Shown here one piece after another: positions 37,878 to 46,916 of a stretch of 64,000 nt of DNA. Numbering within the stretch: the stretch's first letter is position 1; the number at the start of each line of letters is the position of its first letter. The notes under the pieces were generated by a model that was given only the letters and a program-made list of their open reading frames with translations, did not search any database and was not told the origin of the DNA. Both the position numbers and the translations under genes were made by a program. The stretch covers positions 74,287-138,286 of the forward strand of contig CAYJQX010000002.1 of assembly GCA_964372755.1 (NCBI GenBank), written 5' to 3'. This DNA is from an uncultured Candidatus Saccharibacteria bacterium (GTDB lineage Bacteria; Patescibacteriota; Minisyncoccia; UBA9983).

Positions 37878-38342
37878 TTATTTCTTTTCCTCCTTGCCCG
37901 CCACAGCTTCAGCGTCGGCGGGGTGATAGTTAACCATCCACCGAATGCCGAATTTATCCGTACACATACCAAAGTAATCACCCCAAAACTGCATGGCCAT
38001 GGGCATTGTTACCTTGCCTCCTTCGGATAATAAGCCGAACATGCGGTCTGCCTCTTCCTTGCTGTCCGGATGGAGCGACACATGGATTTGCGTGCCCATG
38101 ATCACGGTATTGTCCTGCCCCTCTGGCGCATCGGAGATCATAAGCGTATCGTTGCCGATCTGAAAACCGGCGTGGATAATGCGCTCCCCGCCTGATTCCG
38201 AAAGTTTTGGCATACCCTCTTGCGGAGGCATGTCTTTAAACTTTGAAACAGATGACGGCTCACTCTTAAAAACTTTTTTATACAACTCAATGGCCTGCGC
38301 GGCCGTGCCGGGGAGCGTGAGATATGGGTTGAGTTTTGTCAT
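37878..38342 (-). CDS. VOC superfamily protein, PhnB-like
   Basis: KLNPYLTLPGTAAQAIELYKKVF. Confidence 0.6.
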   Translation of the reverse strand: MTKLNPYLTLPGTAAQAIELYKKVFKSEPSSVSKFKDMPPQEGMPKLSESGGERIIHAGFQIGNDTLMISDAPEGQDNTVIMGTQIHVSLHPDSKEEADRMFGLLSEGGKVTMPMAMQFWGDYFGMCTDKFGIRWMVNYHPADAEAVAGKEEKK

Positions 38343-38409
38343 GGTTCGATTTTACTCACCATGACCCTGAGTGTTAATCGAAGGGTCATATTTTTGTAGT
38401 TAATGTTAT

Positions 38410-38925
38410 TTACTTTTTATTTTCGACGTATTTTTTGAAATTATCCAAAATTGCCTGCCAGCCCTGGCGTTGCATTTCTTCCGAGTTTTCGTTTTCCGGA
38501 TCAAAGGTAGTGGTAATCTGCACGCCCTCCGGTGTTTCTTTTCCGCCAAAGGCGGATCCGCCTTTGGCGGAAAATTCAACTTTCACATGCCGTTTCATTC
38601 CTTTCTCGCCTTTGAGGGACAGAGATTCATCCATATCATACTCAATCAGCTCATTTTCTCGAACTACGATGTAAGTTCCTGTGAAATCAAAGCCCTCCGC
38701 CTGCCCTGAGCCTGCTTGCGGTGAGCCTGTCGAACCAGTCGAAGGGTCTTTCGCTTGCATCCGCGTCTTGAATTTTCCTCCCACGCGCAGGTCATTCTCC
38801 GCGCTTGGTGCCTCCCAATCGTCGGAAGCAAATGCCCAGCCAGTAATGTGCTCCGGCTTGTTCCAACATTCCCACACTTTTGCTATGGGTGCTTTTACAA
38901 CAGTTTGTATGGTAATGGGATTCAT
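38410..38925 (-). CDS. SRPBCC (AHSA1/Aha1-like) domain protein carrying a Gly/Ser/Gln insertion
   Basis: ITIQTVVKAPIAKVWECWNKPEHITGW. The insertion encodes STGSTGSPQAGSGQAEG. Confidence 0.6.
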   Translation of the reverse strand: MNPITIQTVVKAPIAKVWECWNKPEHITGWAFASDDWEAPSAENDLRVGGKFKTRMQAKDPSTGSTGSPQAGSGQAEGFDFTGTYIVVRENELIEYDMDESLSLKGEKGMKRHVKVEFSAKGGSAFGGKETPEGVQITTTFDPENENSEEMQRQGWQAILDNFKKYVENKK

Positions 38926-39003
38926 ATTTTTTAATAAGTTACTATTTCGCCGCGCAACCCTCCTTCGCTTCCACCTTCGCCAAGGCTTCGGCGGACAAGA
39001 AAG

Positions 39004-41385
39004 CTATGGACGGGCACAGTACAGATCATTGATCCGTTTGGTCGTGGTGCGGTAAACGTAGCCCGTGCCTTTTTGGATTGCCCAGGGACCGAGAACAATA
39101 CCGGAATGCTTTTCTTGGAACGCTCGGACAGCGGCATCGGTCGCATCATCAAAGATGCCATTTACCTGCACGCTGGTAAATCCTTCCTGCTCGAGGAGAA
39201 ATGATTGCAGTTTACTTACTTCCACCGGATCGTTATTCGCGCCCTTTCTCATGAACTGGGTGATATGTGCTCGGCAGAAATTTTCGGTGTCCGCGCAAAC
39301 AGTGACATGTTCTTTCACCACAATACGCTTGGGAATGTTTTCAGTTGTGGCCGGATTTGTCCAGAGCGTTATATCTTTTTCCATTTCACCGTCACCCAGA
39401 ATCTGCAGATGTACCACGTACCGCGCGCCAACTTGCGAATCCATTACGGTGGCGATAAACGAGCGGTGGCCTTCGTCATTTACTCGTACCGCTAAATCAT
39501 TAAAATCATTGTCCGTGCCAAGCTCAAAATCATAACGGATCACCGCGTCGGCAATCACCGTCTTTTTTGCTGATTTCGCGCTCGTGAACACCGTGCCATT
39601 CGGGCTTACGACATAGACTTTGTATCCAATCTCGGCTGGAGTATAACAGCTCTCGCTATATGGACTGGAATCAAGCCGACTTAAGATGCCATCCCCATCG
39701 TCCTCATTGTCGGCCACGTCTTTCTTGCCGTCCTTATCCAAGTCGCGGATATTGGATTCTTTGTAATCCGGCAGGGTGTCCTTGTCAGTATCGCCTTTCT
39801 CGTTTTTGGTCAGGATATTATCCCGGTCGTCATCGGTATCCAGATAATCCGGAATGCCGTCGCGGTCGGTATCTATGGGCGAGATGTAATAATATCCGCC
39901 TCCACCTCTCGAAGACCCTGAGCTTGTCGAAGGGCTCCCGCCACTTTCAGTTATGGTTGGCACGGTGTCACCGTCATCATCGCTATCTGCGTTGTTGGTA
40001 AGGCCGTCTTGGTCGCTGTCTACATCGTTTGGCTCCTCAAAATCGGGGATTGAATCGCCGTCCGTGTCGTCATCGAGCACGCTGCCGTCGTTGTTGGTGT
40101 CTTCCTTTTTGGTCGGTATACCGTCCCCATCATCATCCGGATCAAGCGCGTTAGGAATGCCGTCGTTATCAGTATCAACAACAGCTTCATCTACGGCAGT
40201 GTCCGTATCAGAAGTATCGGTAATTACTTCATCAATTGTAGACACTGTATCGCCATCGTCATCGGGGTCGCTTACGTTGGGAGTTCCATCTTTGTCAGTG
40301 TCGGTAGTATTGGGCTCAAGGTAGTTTGGAACGGTATCGCTATCAGTATCGGTCGCTACAGGATCGGTCGAAGCCGTTTCTTCGCCTGCAGTGAGAATCG
40401 CATCGCCGTCATCGTTTGAATCTAAATAGTTTGGCGCGCCGTCGTTATCGGTATCAACCGGCTCTACAGGATTATTCGTAACCGTGCCGTCGTCAATCGT
40501 CGGCACGGTGTCACCGTCATCATCCGGATCGAGGTTATTGGTTGTGCCGTCACCATCCGTGTCGGTCGTGTTCGGCTCAAGATAATCAGGCACGGAGTCC
40601 GCATCCGTATCTACAATGGTCTCCTCCGTGGAAGTAGAAGTTGTTGTGTCTGGAGTAGTCGTAGCTGTTCCGTCTGTTGTCGATGTAGAAGTGGCTTGCC
40701 CTGAGCCTGCTTGCGGTGAATTTATCGAAGGGGTGTTTTCCGTTTCGGTGGGAATACCGTCGCCGTCGTCATCAGGATCGAGGTAGTTAGGGGTGCCGTC
40801 GCCGTCAGTGTCAGGGAGCGGCTCGGGGTCAGTGATGTTAGCTTCAGGACTCGATTCTTCTGTAACCCCAGTACCAATCTCTTCGGTATCCGATACGCCG
40901 TCTCCGTCGGAGTCAGTTGCAATCGGCTCCGTAGCTGTTTCCACTTCGGTGGTAAAGGTATGACTGCAGGAGCTTGCCTTGTTGCCGGCCGGATCAGTCG
41001 CATGAATACAGTAGTGATAAGTGGTATTCGGAGAAAGTCCGGTAAGCATCGCAGTATGGGCAAGAAGTGCTGTCACCGGCAAAGATGCCGACTGGCCGTA
41101 GGCATTGGTAGCACCATATTCGAGAGTAGAAACTGCTGCCTCGTCGGTTGACCAAACAATAGTGACTTCATTTATACCAACAGATGTCACGGCGACGCCA
41201 GAAATAATCGGGGCGGTAGTATCAGCCGGAGCAACTATTTCCTCTGTTGGATCAACTTCAGGCGCCGGTGCAAGTTGCGCTGCTACAGGCGAGACATTAA
41301 AAAAGACGAGGGAAAAGATTGTAAAAATGCTAAAGATTTTTATTGTCATAAATTTATCTTTCCCAAATTTTATCATCGGGAGCAA
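39004..41385 (-). CDS. large secreted surface protein: FN3-like domain, about 8 thrombospondin-type-3-like Ca-binding Asp repeats, C-terminal peptidoglycan-binding domain
   Basis: Signal/TM at the N-terminus. Repeats of D(T/S)DxDGxPN(Y/A)LDPDDDGDG(I/T)P. The C-terminus KLQSFLLEQEGFTSVQVNGIFDDATDAAVRAFQ resembles PG_binding_1. Confidence 0.6.
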   Translation of the reverse strand: MLPMIKFGKDKFMTIKIFSIFTIFSLVFFNVSPVAAQLAPAPEVDPTEEIVAPADTTAPIISGVAVTSVGINEVTIVWSTDEAAVSTLEYGATNAYGQSASLPVTALLAHTAMLTGLSPNTTYHYCIHATDPAGNKASSCSHTFTTEVETATEPIATDSDGDGVSDTEEIGTGVTEESSPEANITDPEPLPDTDGDGTPNYLDPDDDGDGIPTETENTPSINSPQAGSGQATSTSTTDGTATTTPDTTTSTSTEETIVDTDADSVPDYLEPNTTDTDGDGTTNNLDPDDDGDTVPTIDDGTVTNNPVEPVDTDNDGAPNYLDSNDDGDAILTAGEETASTDPVATDTDSDTVPNYLEPNTTDTDKDGTPNVSDPDDDGDTVSTIDEVITDTSDTDTAVDEAVVDTDNDGIPNALDPDDDGDGIPTKKEDTNNDGSVLDDDTDGDSIPDFEEPNDVDSDQDGLTNNADSDDDGDTVPTITESGGSPSTSSGSSRGGGGYYYISPIDTDRDGIPDYLDTDDDRDNILTKNEKGDTDKDTLPDYKESNIRDLDKDGKKDVADNEDDGDGILSRLDSSPYSESCYTPAEIGYKVYVVSPNGTVFTSAKSAKKTVIADAVIRYDFELGTDNDFNDLAVRVNDEGHRSFIATVMDSQVGARYVVHLQILGDGEMEKDITLWTNPATTENIPKRIVVKEHVTVCADTENFCRAHITQFMRKGANNDPVEVSKLQSFLLEQEGFTSVQVNGIFDDATDAAVRAFQEKHSGIVLGPWAIQKGTGYVYRTTTKRINDLYCARP
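39650..40950. repeat. intragenic imperfect tandem repeats encoding the Asp-rich modules
   Basis: Reiterated gatccggatgatgacgg.../ccgtcatcatc... units visible in the sequence. Confidence 0.5.
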
Positions 41386-41743
41386 AATCTACTTGATACT
41401 CTGGTATGCCAAGCGAAATGCCATAGCGTTTTGCTTCGTCATATTGTTCTTTGCTTTTTCGGTCTATGAAAAAAACTTTATCGCGGAAAATAATGTAATG
41501 ATGAGTGTCATTTTTGAAATCAGCATACCAGTTATGCTCGGAATCTAGTGCTTTACTAATTTTTTCCGCAACACTACCAACTTGGTTTTCTGGAATTTCA
41601 ACAGTGTGCAAAGTCCATTGTTTTATCCACGGAGTTTTATGTTCCTCCACGACTTCCTCAACTTTGGTCTCCAAAATTTTAACATCTTTGAGAATGTCTT
41701 TATCTTCTAAACTTTCTTCAATTATTACGCCTTTGTAGTTCAT
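41354..41743 (-). CDS. hypothetical protein
   Basis: 129-aa ORF overlapping the upstream surface-protein gene by 32 nt (operon-like). Confidence 0.3.
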   Translation of the reverse strand: MNYKGVIIEESLEDKDILKDVKILETKVEEVVEEHKTPWIKQWTLHTVEIPENQVGSVAEKISKALDSEHNWYADFKNDTHHYIIFRDKVFFIDRKSKEQYDEAKRYGISLGIPEYQVDFAPDDKIWER

Positions 41744-41819
41744 AGTGTTTATTTTTTCGCAATGGCTTCCATTTTGAGAAGCTTCTTGGCTACTAGCATG
41801 GATTACATAAGATTATTTT

Positions 41820-42530
41820 TTACTTGTCCTGAGCTTGTTGAAGGGTCGCTCGATATTCACGATTAATCCCAAAAACAAGAAATAAAACAGTGCTTCCAAA
41901 AAGGATCCCTGTGACATTTAAAAGAAAGATATACCCGGCTCGAATAGCCAAATCGTTGGCCGGATCAAAGAGGCCGATGCCGGTAGCGACCAGGGGCGGC
42001 ATCAACGATACCGCGATTCCGATTCCGGTCATAGCCGATCCGACTTTTGAGCGGATGAGACCGTAGGCGGCTATCGCGCCGGAGACAACAGCAATAAGAA
42101 GATCGAAGAAAACATTTGGAAAGAAAGAAATAAGCACGCGCTCTGCCGTCTCGAAATTACTCTTTACAAAAAGTGAGAAAAGACCGCCCACTACAATGGC
42201 AAGAACTATGGCGATAACGAGCATAGAAAATGCCCGCAGGAAAAGTTTTCCATCTCCGGCGACAGTGGCAAGGCCCAAAGAAAGAATCGGGTATGCGAGC
42301 GGAGCGACGATCATGCTCGCGATGAGTATCGGAATACTGTCGACCAATATTCCGGAGGCGGCAAGAATGATTGCGCCGATGACCAAAAGATAAAAGTCTC
42401 TGTCTGGGACGGTATTCTCCAGAAGGTCTTTAACCGCTTGCTGTTTGTTATCTTTTAAAAATGACCGTGGAGCGTATATAAATTTCACCCATTCAGTATA
42501 GCATCCCAGTGTCGGTTTTAAAATAAACAC
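41820..42530 (-). CDS. DUF389-like hydrophobic membrane protein
   Basis: Pattern LLVIGAIILAASGILVDSIPILIASMIVAPLAYPI. Confidence 0.4.
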   Translation of the reverse strand: MFILKPTLGCYTEWVKFIYAPRSFLKDNKQQAVKDLLENTVPDRDFYLLVIGAIILAASGILVDSIPILIASMIVAPLAYPILSLGLATVAGDGKLFLRAFSMLVIAIVLAIVVGGLFSLFVKSNFETAERVLISFFPNVFFDLLIAVVSGAIAAYGLIRSKVGSAMTGIGIAVSLMPPLVATGIGLFDPANDLAIRAGYIFLLNVTGILFGSTVLFLVFGINREYRATLQQAQDK

Positions 42531-42556
42531 CAGCTTTCGCTGATGCTCATCCTATC

Positions 42557-42891
42557 TGGCTCCCGAGGTAGGATTCGAACCTACGACCAACTCGTTACAC
42601 TTATTCCTAATTTTCATTAGGGCGTGGACTATATCATGTTCCGACAATTTTATCGGAACCAAGGCGCTTCCCTATCGACCCCTCAATAAATTTCGGGGTA
42701 AAAAGGTACTCCCATAAAGGGATAGTCTCTACACCTGCCTTTGCTAAAAAATTTAGCAAAAGATTGGCTCGGGATCGTCTCGTCTTATTTAGACAGGGAT
42801 TTCCCCGAATTCACCTTGTTTTTCAATTCGCCTTGCGACGGAAAGCTGCGTAACTTCACAGCGAGCTGCTCTACCGCTGAGCTACTCGGGA
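42557..42891 (-). tRNA. tRNA-Asn (GUU) interrupted by a group I intron; exons 42858-42891 and 42557-42597, CCA encoded
   Basis: 5' exon TCCCGAG-TA-GCTC-AGCGGTA-GAGC-A-GCTCG-CTGT. 3' exon TAA-CGAGT-TGGTC-GTAGG-TTCGAAT-CCTAC-CTCGGGA-G-CCA. Mature anticodon loop CUGUUAA, with the U1:A72 and G73 features typical of Asn. Confidence 0.75.
42598..42857 (-). ncRNA. group I intron (260 nt, no ORF) in the anticodon loop between positions 35 and 36
   Basis: P1: exon GCUGU pairs with the IGS GCAGC, with U.G at the splice site. P10: GUUA pairs with exon UAAC. The intron ends in G. R-like GUAGAGACUA and S-like AUGAUAUAGUCC elements would form P7. P-like AAUUCGGGGAAAUCCC and Q-like GAUCCCGAGCC elements are present. 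Confidence 0.75.
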
Positions 42892-43004
42892 ATATTTATC
42901 TTTTCAAAGAACAATGAAATTATAGCTTAAAACGATTCTTAATCAAGTTAATTTAGTCTATTTAGAGGCCCTTTTTGGGGCTATCCACAACAAGAAAAAA
43001 CTCT

Positions 43005-43032
43005 ATTGAAAATTGACTTCACAAGTATATAA
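43005..43032 (+). promoter_or_regulatory. promoter TTGAAA-N16-TATAAT for SRPBCC gene (near-leaderless)
   Basis: The -10 ends 10 nt before the ATG at 43043. No SD is visible. Confidence 0.35.
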
Positions 43033-43042
43033 TTACTTCACT

Positions 43043-43441
43043 ATGAAAACAAAAACAATAAAACAGACGGCTGTTTTTAAAGCTAGTCCGCTTGAAGTTT
43101 ATGAAGCTTTGATGGACTCAAAAAAACACGCCAAACTTACAGGCGAACCGGCGAAAATAAGCCAGAAGGAAGGAGGAGCGTTCAGCACTTATTCCGGATA
43201 TGCCACAGGCAAAAACATCAAACTCACCCCGGGAAAAATCATCGTCCAAGAGTGGCGAGCCAGCGACTGGCCGGAAAAACATTACTCCGAAATTTCTTTT
43301 GAATTTAAAAAAGAAGGCAAAAACACGAAAATGACTTTTGTCCAAAAAGGAATACCGGCTGAGAAATGCGAAGACATCAAAAAAGGATGGAAAGACTACT
43401 ACTGGGAGCCGATGAAAAAAATGCTTGAAGATAAAAAATAA
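43043..43441 (+). CDS. SRPBCC (AHSA1-like) domain protein
   Basis: IKQTAVFKASPLEVYEALMDSKKHAKLTG. The track ORF began at a TTG inside the promoter, so ATG 43043 is used here. Confidence 0.6.
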   Translation: MKTKTIKQTAVFKASPLEVYEALMDSKKHAKLTGEPAKISQKEGGAFSTYSGYATGKNIKLTPGKIIVQEWRASDWPEKHYSEISFEFKKEGKNTKMTFVQKGIPAEKCEDIKKGWKDYYWEPMKKMLEDKK

Positions 43442-43454
43442 ACACAAAAAATAT

Positions 43455-43496
43455 CCCGTGTCTTCCAGAGAAAATAAGACACGGGATTTTTTTATT
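43455..43496. terminator. rho-independent terminator (bidirectional)
   Basis: 10-bp stem cccgtgtctt/aagacacggg followed by ATTTTTTTATT. Confidence 0.55.
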
Positions 43497-43498
43497 GT

Positions 43499-43702
43499 TC
43501 ACAGCATATCCTCCTCTTCGCCTTCAACGGGCAAAAATCTGCTGATGGTCGCTTGCCCCCAAATCCTGCGATCGTCTTCCATTTCAAAATTCAGTAAAAC
43601 ATCTACGGGGCATTGCAATTTAACCAAATCAAAGGCTTTGCGAGAGAGATTATTTAGAATAACTCTCTTATGTTTTCCGTCCTCCACAAGGATAGCGCGC
43701 AT
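43499..43702 (-). CDS. hypothetical small protein
   Basis: 67-aa ORF with no motif. Confidence 0.3.
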   Translation of the reverse strand: MRAILVEDGKHKRVILNNLSRKAFDLVKLQCPVDVLLNFEMEDDRRIWGQATISRFLPVEGEEEDML

Positions 43703-43788
43703 ATTTTTCTCCTTTCTTGGAAAAAGAACAAAGAAACGCTCCTGAGAACAATTATAGTTCTTTTTTAGAAACTCTCAAAGAAAAAATC

Positions 43789-45063
43789 TTAGTAATTTTC
43801 CAGTCTGTGGATTTTTTCGTGGAGGCGGATTTTTTCTATGGCTTTGGCCTCAATCTGGCGAATACGCTCGCGGGTCACGCCAAACTCCTTGCCTACTTCT
43901 TCCAAGGTATAAGTCACCCCGTCGCCCAAACCAAAACGCATTTTTAATATCTTATACTCCTTCGGGGTCAGATCGTTCATAATGTCTTCTATCTGGCTAG
44001 CCAAAAGAGACTGGGCCACCTGTTGGGAAGGCGAGAGAATTTTATCTTCTTTGATAAATTCTCCCAAAGTGGAATCTTCTTCGTCGTCCCCCACCGGAGT
44101 TTCCAAAGATACGGTATCCTGATCTATTTTTTGGATCTGATGAATCTTGTCCACGTCCATATTCATTTCGGTGGCGATTTCCTCCGGCATCGGATCGCGC
44201 CCTAAATCTTGCGTTAACCTTCTGTAAACTCTTTTATATTTGGAAATTGTCTCCACCATATGCACAGGGATGCGGATGGTTTTGGCCTGATCGGCAATAG
44301 CCCGAGTGATGGCTTGGCGAATCCACCAAGTGGCATAAGTGGAAAATTTATAACCCTTGCGCCAATCAAATTTCTCGACCGCGCGAAACAAACCAAAATT
44401 ACCTTCTTGGATTAAATCAAGGATGGTGAGATCGGGGCTTCTCCCCACATATTTTTTACCAATAGAAACAACGAGGCGAAGATTGGCCTTGACCAACAAA
44501 TTTTTGGCTTCTTCATCTCCAAGCTCGATTCTCTTGGCCAGCTCTTTTTCTTGAGCGGCTTTGATAAGAGGATACTTGCCTATTTCCCGAAGATAAGCCT
44601 GCACCGCATCGAGAGATTGCTTATCGAGGTTTATTTCATCATACCGGCTTACAACACCACCTTCCCCTTTCTTCTTGTCTCCAACAACATCCAAAAGCTC
44701 CTTCCCTTCCAATACATCAATACTGGCTTCTTGGAAACGATCGTAAATGTTTTCCAAAAAAAGAATATCTTCCTCGATTCTAGGAAATTCTTTCAGGATT
44801 TCGCTGTAAGTCACAAAGCCTCTGGTTTTCCCTTTTTTCAGCAAAAGCTGGATTTGTTCTTCTAAAATTTCAGCCTTGCTTTTTTTCTTCTCCTTTAAAA
44901 CTTTAACTTTAGGAGGAGGAGATATTTTTTTCTTCGGTTTTAGAATTTTCTTTTTGGCTGAAATTTTTATCTTTCTCTTTGTCTTAAAATTTTTCTTTTT
45001 GACCTTCACTTTTTTGGATTTTAAAATTTTCCCTTTTTTTGTTTTCTTTTTATTTTTTTTCAT
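43789..45063 (-). CDS. rpoD: RNA polymerase sigma-70 factor RpoD with about 60-aa poly-Lys N-terminal extension
   Basis: Region 2 [16 protein letters not shown] and regions 3 and 4 are present. The N-terminus is [24 protein letters not shown]... Confidence 0.85.
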   Translation of the reverse strand: MKKNKKKTKKGKILKSKKVKVKKKNFKTKRKIKISAKKKILKPKKKISPPPKVKVLKEKKKSKAEILEEQIQLLLKKGKTRGFVTYSEILKEFPRIEEDILFLENIYDRFQEASIDVLEGKELLDVVGDKKKGEGGVVSRYDEINLDKQSLDAVQAYLREIGKYPLIKAAQEKELAKRIELGDEEAKNLLVKANLRLVVSIGKKYVGRSPDLTILDLIQEGNFGLFRAVEKFDWRKGYKFSTYATWWIRQAITRAIADQAKTIRIPVHMVETISKYKRVYRRLTQDLGRDPMPEEIATEMNMDVDKIHQIQKIDQDTVSLETPVGDDEEDSTLGEFIKEDKILSPSQQVAQSLLASQIEDIMNDLTPKEYKILKMRFGLGDGVTYTLEEVGKEFGVTRERIRQIEAKAIEKIRLHEKIHRLENY

Positions 45064-46805
45064 TATTTAGAAAGATTGTTTAATTTTTTAATAAGTTCAC
45101 CGGTTTTTTGCAATAAAAATTTTATATCTTCTTCAGCTTGCCGATTTTCGGCCAATCTGATTTTATGTTCTGTTTCTATAAGCTCCTCCCGAATTGCTTC
45201 TTTCTCCGCCTCTTTATCTAAATTAACGATTTCCCGTATCAAATTATTTGAACTCATGCCCTGATAAGCAATCTCGGCCTCAAAAACAACACGAGAAAGT
45301 ATGCCGTTGTCATTTTGATAAGAAGAAAAATCATCTTTTCTTTTATTGAAAATTTCTTCCCTTTTAGCCTTCACTTCCTCGTCTTCAATATTTTCCAAAA
45401 ACATCAAAAGCCCAAAGAGGCGATCGAGCAAAACCGAATATCTTCGAGAGGGGCCATTTGGAGCAGACTCTGTCTTTGCCTCGGATGTTTTAACATCCGT
45501 CGAGTGAAAATCACGCCTGGTACTTTTTTTGACTTCGGCCCAAATGGAGTCTTCTCCCAAGCCGAGTCTCCCGGCGATTTGCTTAACATAATATGCCGTA
45601 TCCATAGAATTTTCAAGGAAAGCAAGATAAGGGATCACCAGTTCCCTCACTTTTTTTATCAGAATTTGCTTGTCTTTGTGCTCTTCTTCAAGTTGATTCA
45701 AATAAAAAATGATGAAGTCCTCCGGATTAGAAACCGCTTTTTTCCATTCTTCTGGATTGTTTTTCGCAATATCAGCCGGATCTTGCCCCTTTGGCAATAC
45801 CACCGCTTTCACGAAAAAACCTTTGGCAATTGCTAATTCAATGCCTCTCTTCGATGCCTCAAAGCCCGCTTTGTCTCCGTCAAAAGCTATCAATAAATTA
45901 GAGGTTAGTCTTTTTATATTCTCCAAGTGATTTTCTGTGAGAGCCGTGCCGGAAACGGCCACCGCGTTTTTTACGCCTGCTTGATGAGACATAATAACGT
46001 CCATCTGCCCTTCCACTAAAACACAAAAATCATCCGTGCGAATGGCTTGCTTGGCCAAATCAAAGCCATAAAGCACTCTGGATTTGTCGTAGAGAATGGT
46101 TTGCGGAGAATTAATATATTTACCTCCTGTCTCCTCCACACTTTGCGACAAATCTTCTTTTTTTCCCGCGGAAACAAAAATCCTTCCGCTAAAACCCACA
46201 ATTTGCCCGGAACCGTTTTTAAGCGGAAACATAATGCGAGAACGAAATCTGTCATACCAGCCCTTGGGGCTTTTTATAATCATACCCGATTTTTCCAGAG
46301 CCTCTCTGCGTTTACCGCGAACAACAAGATATTCTAGTAAATTTCTCCACCCGTCTGGAGCGAATCCTATTCCGAATTCTTTGGCTGATTCTCCCGTTAC
46401 TCCGCGAGATTTTAAATAATCCACCACCTGTGTATTCTTGGTTAGTTGAATTCGAAAAAATTTCTCGCTTTCGTCCAAAATTTCCCGCAATTCCGAAGTT
46501 TCTCCTTTCGCTTCTTGTTCGGTAAAGCTAATCTCCACCCCCGCGCGAGAAGAGAGCACTTTTAAAGCTTCGCTAAAATCCAAGCCCTCCATTTCCATGA
46601 CAAAAGAAAAAATATCGCCAGATTTCTGACATCCAAAACAATGAAAAGACTCCCTTGTCGGCGAGACAAAAAAAGAAGGCGTTTTTTCATTATGAAAAGG
46701 ACAAACAGCTTTGTAATTGGAGCCGGCTTTTTGAAGCTTTAGATAGCTCGAAACGACATCGACAATGCCAAGACGAGATTTTATCTGTTCAACATGAGAA
46801 GACAT
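45063..46805 (-). CDS. dnaG: DNA primase DnaG
   Basis: CHC2 zinc finger [11 protein letters not shown]...CFGC, a TOPRIM domain ([14 protein letters not shown]), and a 1-nt overlap with rpoD. Confidence 0.85.
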   Translation of the reverse strand: MSSHVEQIKSRLGIVDVVSSYLKLQKAGSNYKAVCPFHNEKTPSFFVSPTRESFHCFGCQKSGDIFSFVMEMEGLDFSEALKVLSSRAGVEISFTEQEAKGETSELREILDESEKFFRIQLTKNTQVVDYLKSRGVTGESAKEFGIGFAPDGWRNLLEYLVVRGKRREALEKSGMIIKSPKGWYDRFRSRIMFPLKNGSGQIVGFSGRIFVSAGKKEDLSQSVEETGGKYINSPQTILYDKSRVLYGFDLAKQAIRTDDFCVLVEGQMDVIMSHQAGVKNAVAVSGTALTENHLENIKRLTSNLLIAFDGDKAGFEASKRGIELAIAKGFFVKAVVLPKGQDPADIAKNNPEEWKKAVSNPEDFIIFYLNQLEEEHKDKQILIKKVRELVIPYLAFLENSMDTAYYVKQIAGRLGLGEDSIWAEVKKSTRRDFHSTDVKTSEAKTESAPNGPSRRYSVLLDRLFGLLMFLENIEDEEVKAKREEIFNKRKDDFSSYQNDNGILSRVVFEAEIAYQGMSSNNLIREIVNLDKEAEKEAIREELIETEHKIRLAENRQAEEDIKFLLQKTGELIKKLNNLSK

Positions 46806-46916
46806 AAAGGTATTTAATACCGATCTAGAAAAAATACGCGATAAAAAAGATCAAAACGATATGGCTATTCCGGAGTATAGGCTCCTTCTATTTTGCAATT
46901 GAATCTTCTTTTCCGT

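Noticed and set aside
39065-40324. Plus-strand ORFs inside the surface-protein gene
   Set aside because: They are artefacts of the repetitive GAT/GAC-rich coding strand. No start signals are present.
42557-42891. Reading the locus as tRNA-His (anticodon GUG) or as two tRNA fragments of a pseudogene
   Set aside because: Taking CTGTGAA as an intact loop leaves no complementary 3' strand for the anticodon stem. The discriminator is G, not the C that pairs with G-1 in bacterial tRNA-His. The P1/P10 pairings and the 3'-terminal G fit a group I intron with an Asn anticodon loop.
44876-45930. Plus-strand ORFs inside dnaG/rpoD (e.g. 44876-45070, 45315-45836, 45709-45930)
   Set aside because: They are antisense to strongly conserved housekeeping genes. 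Their translations are Phe/Ile/Lys homopolymer-like.
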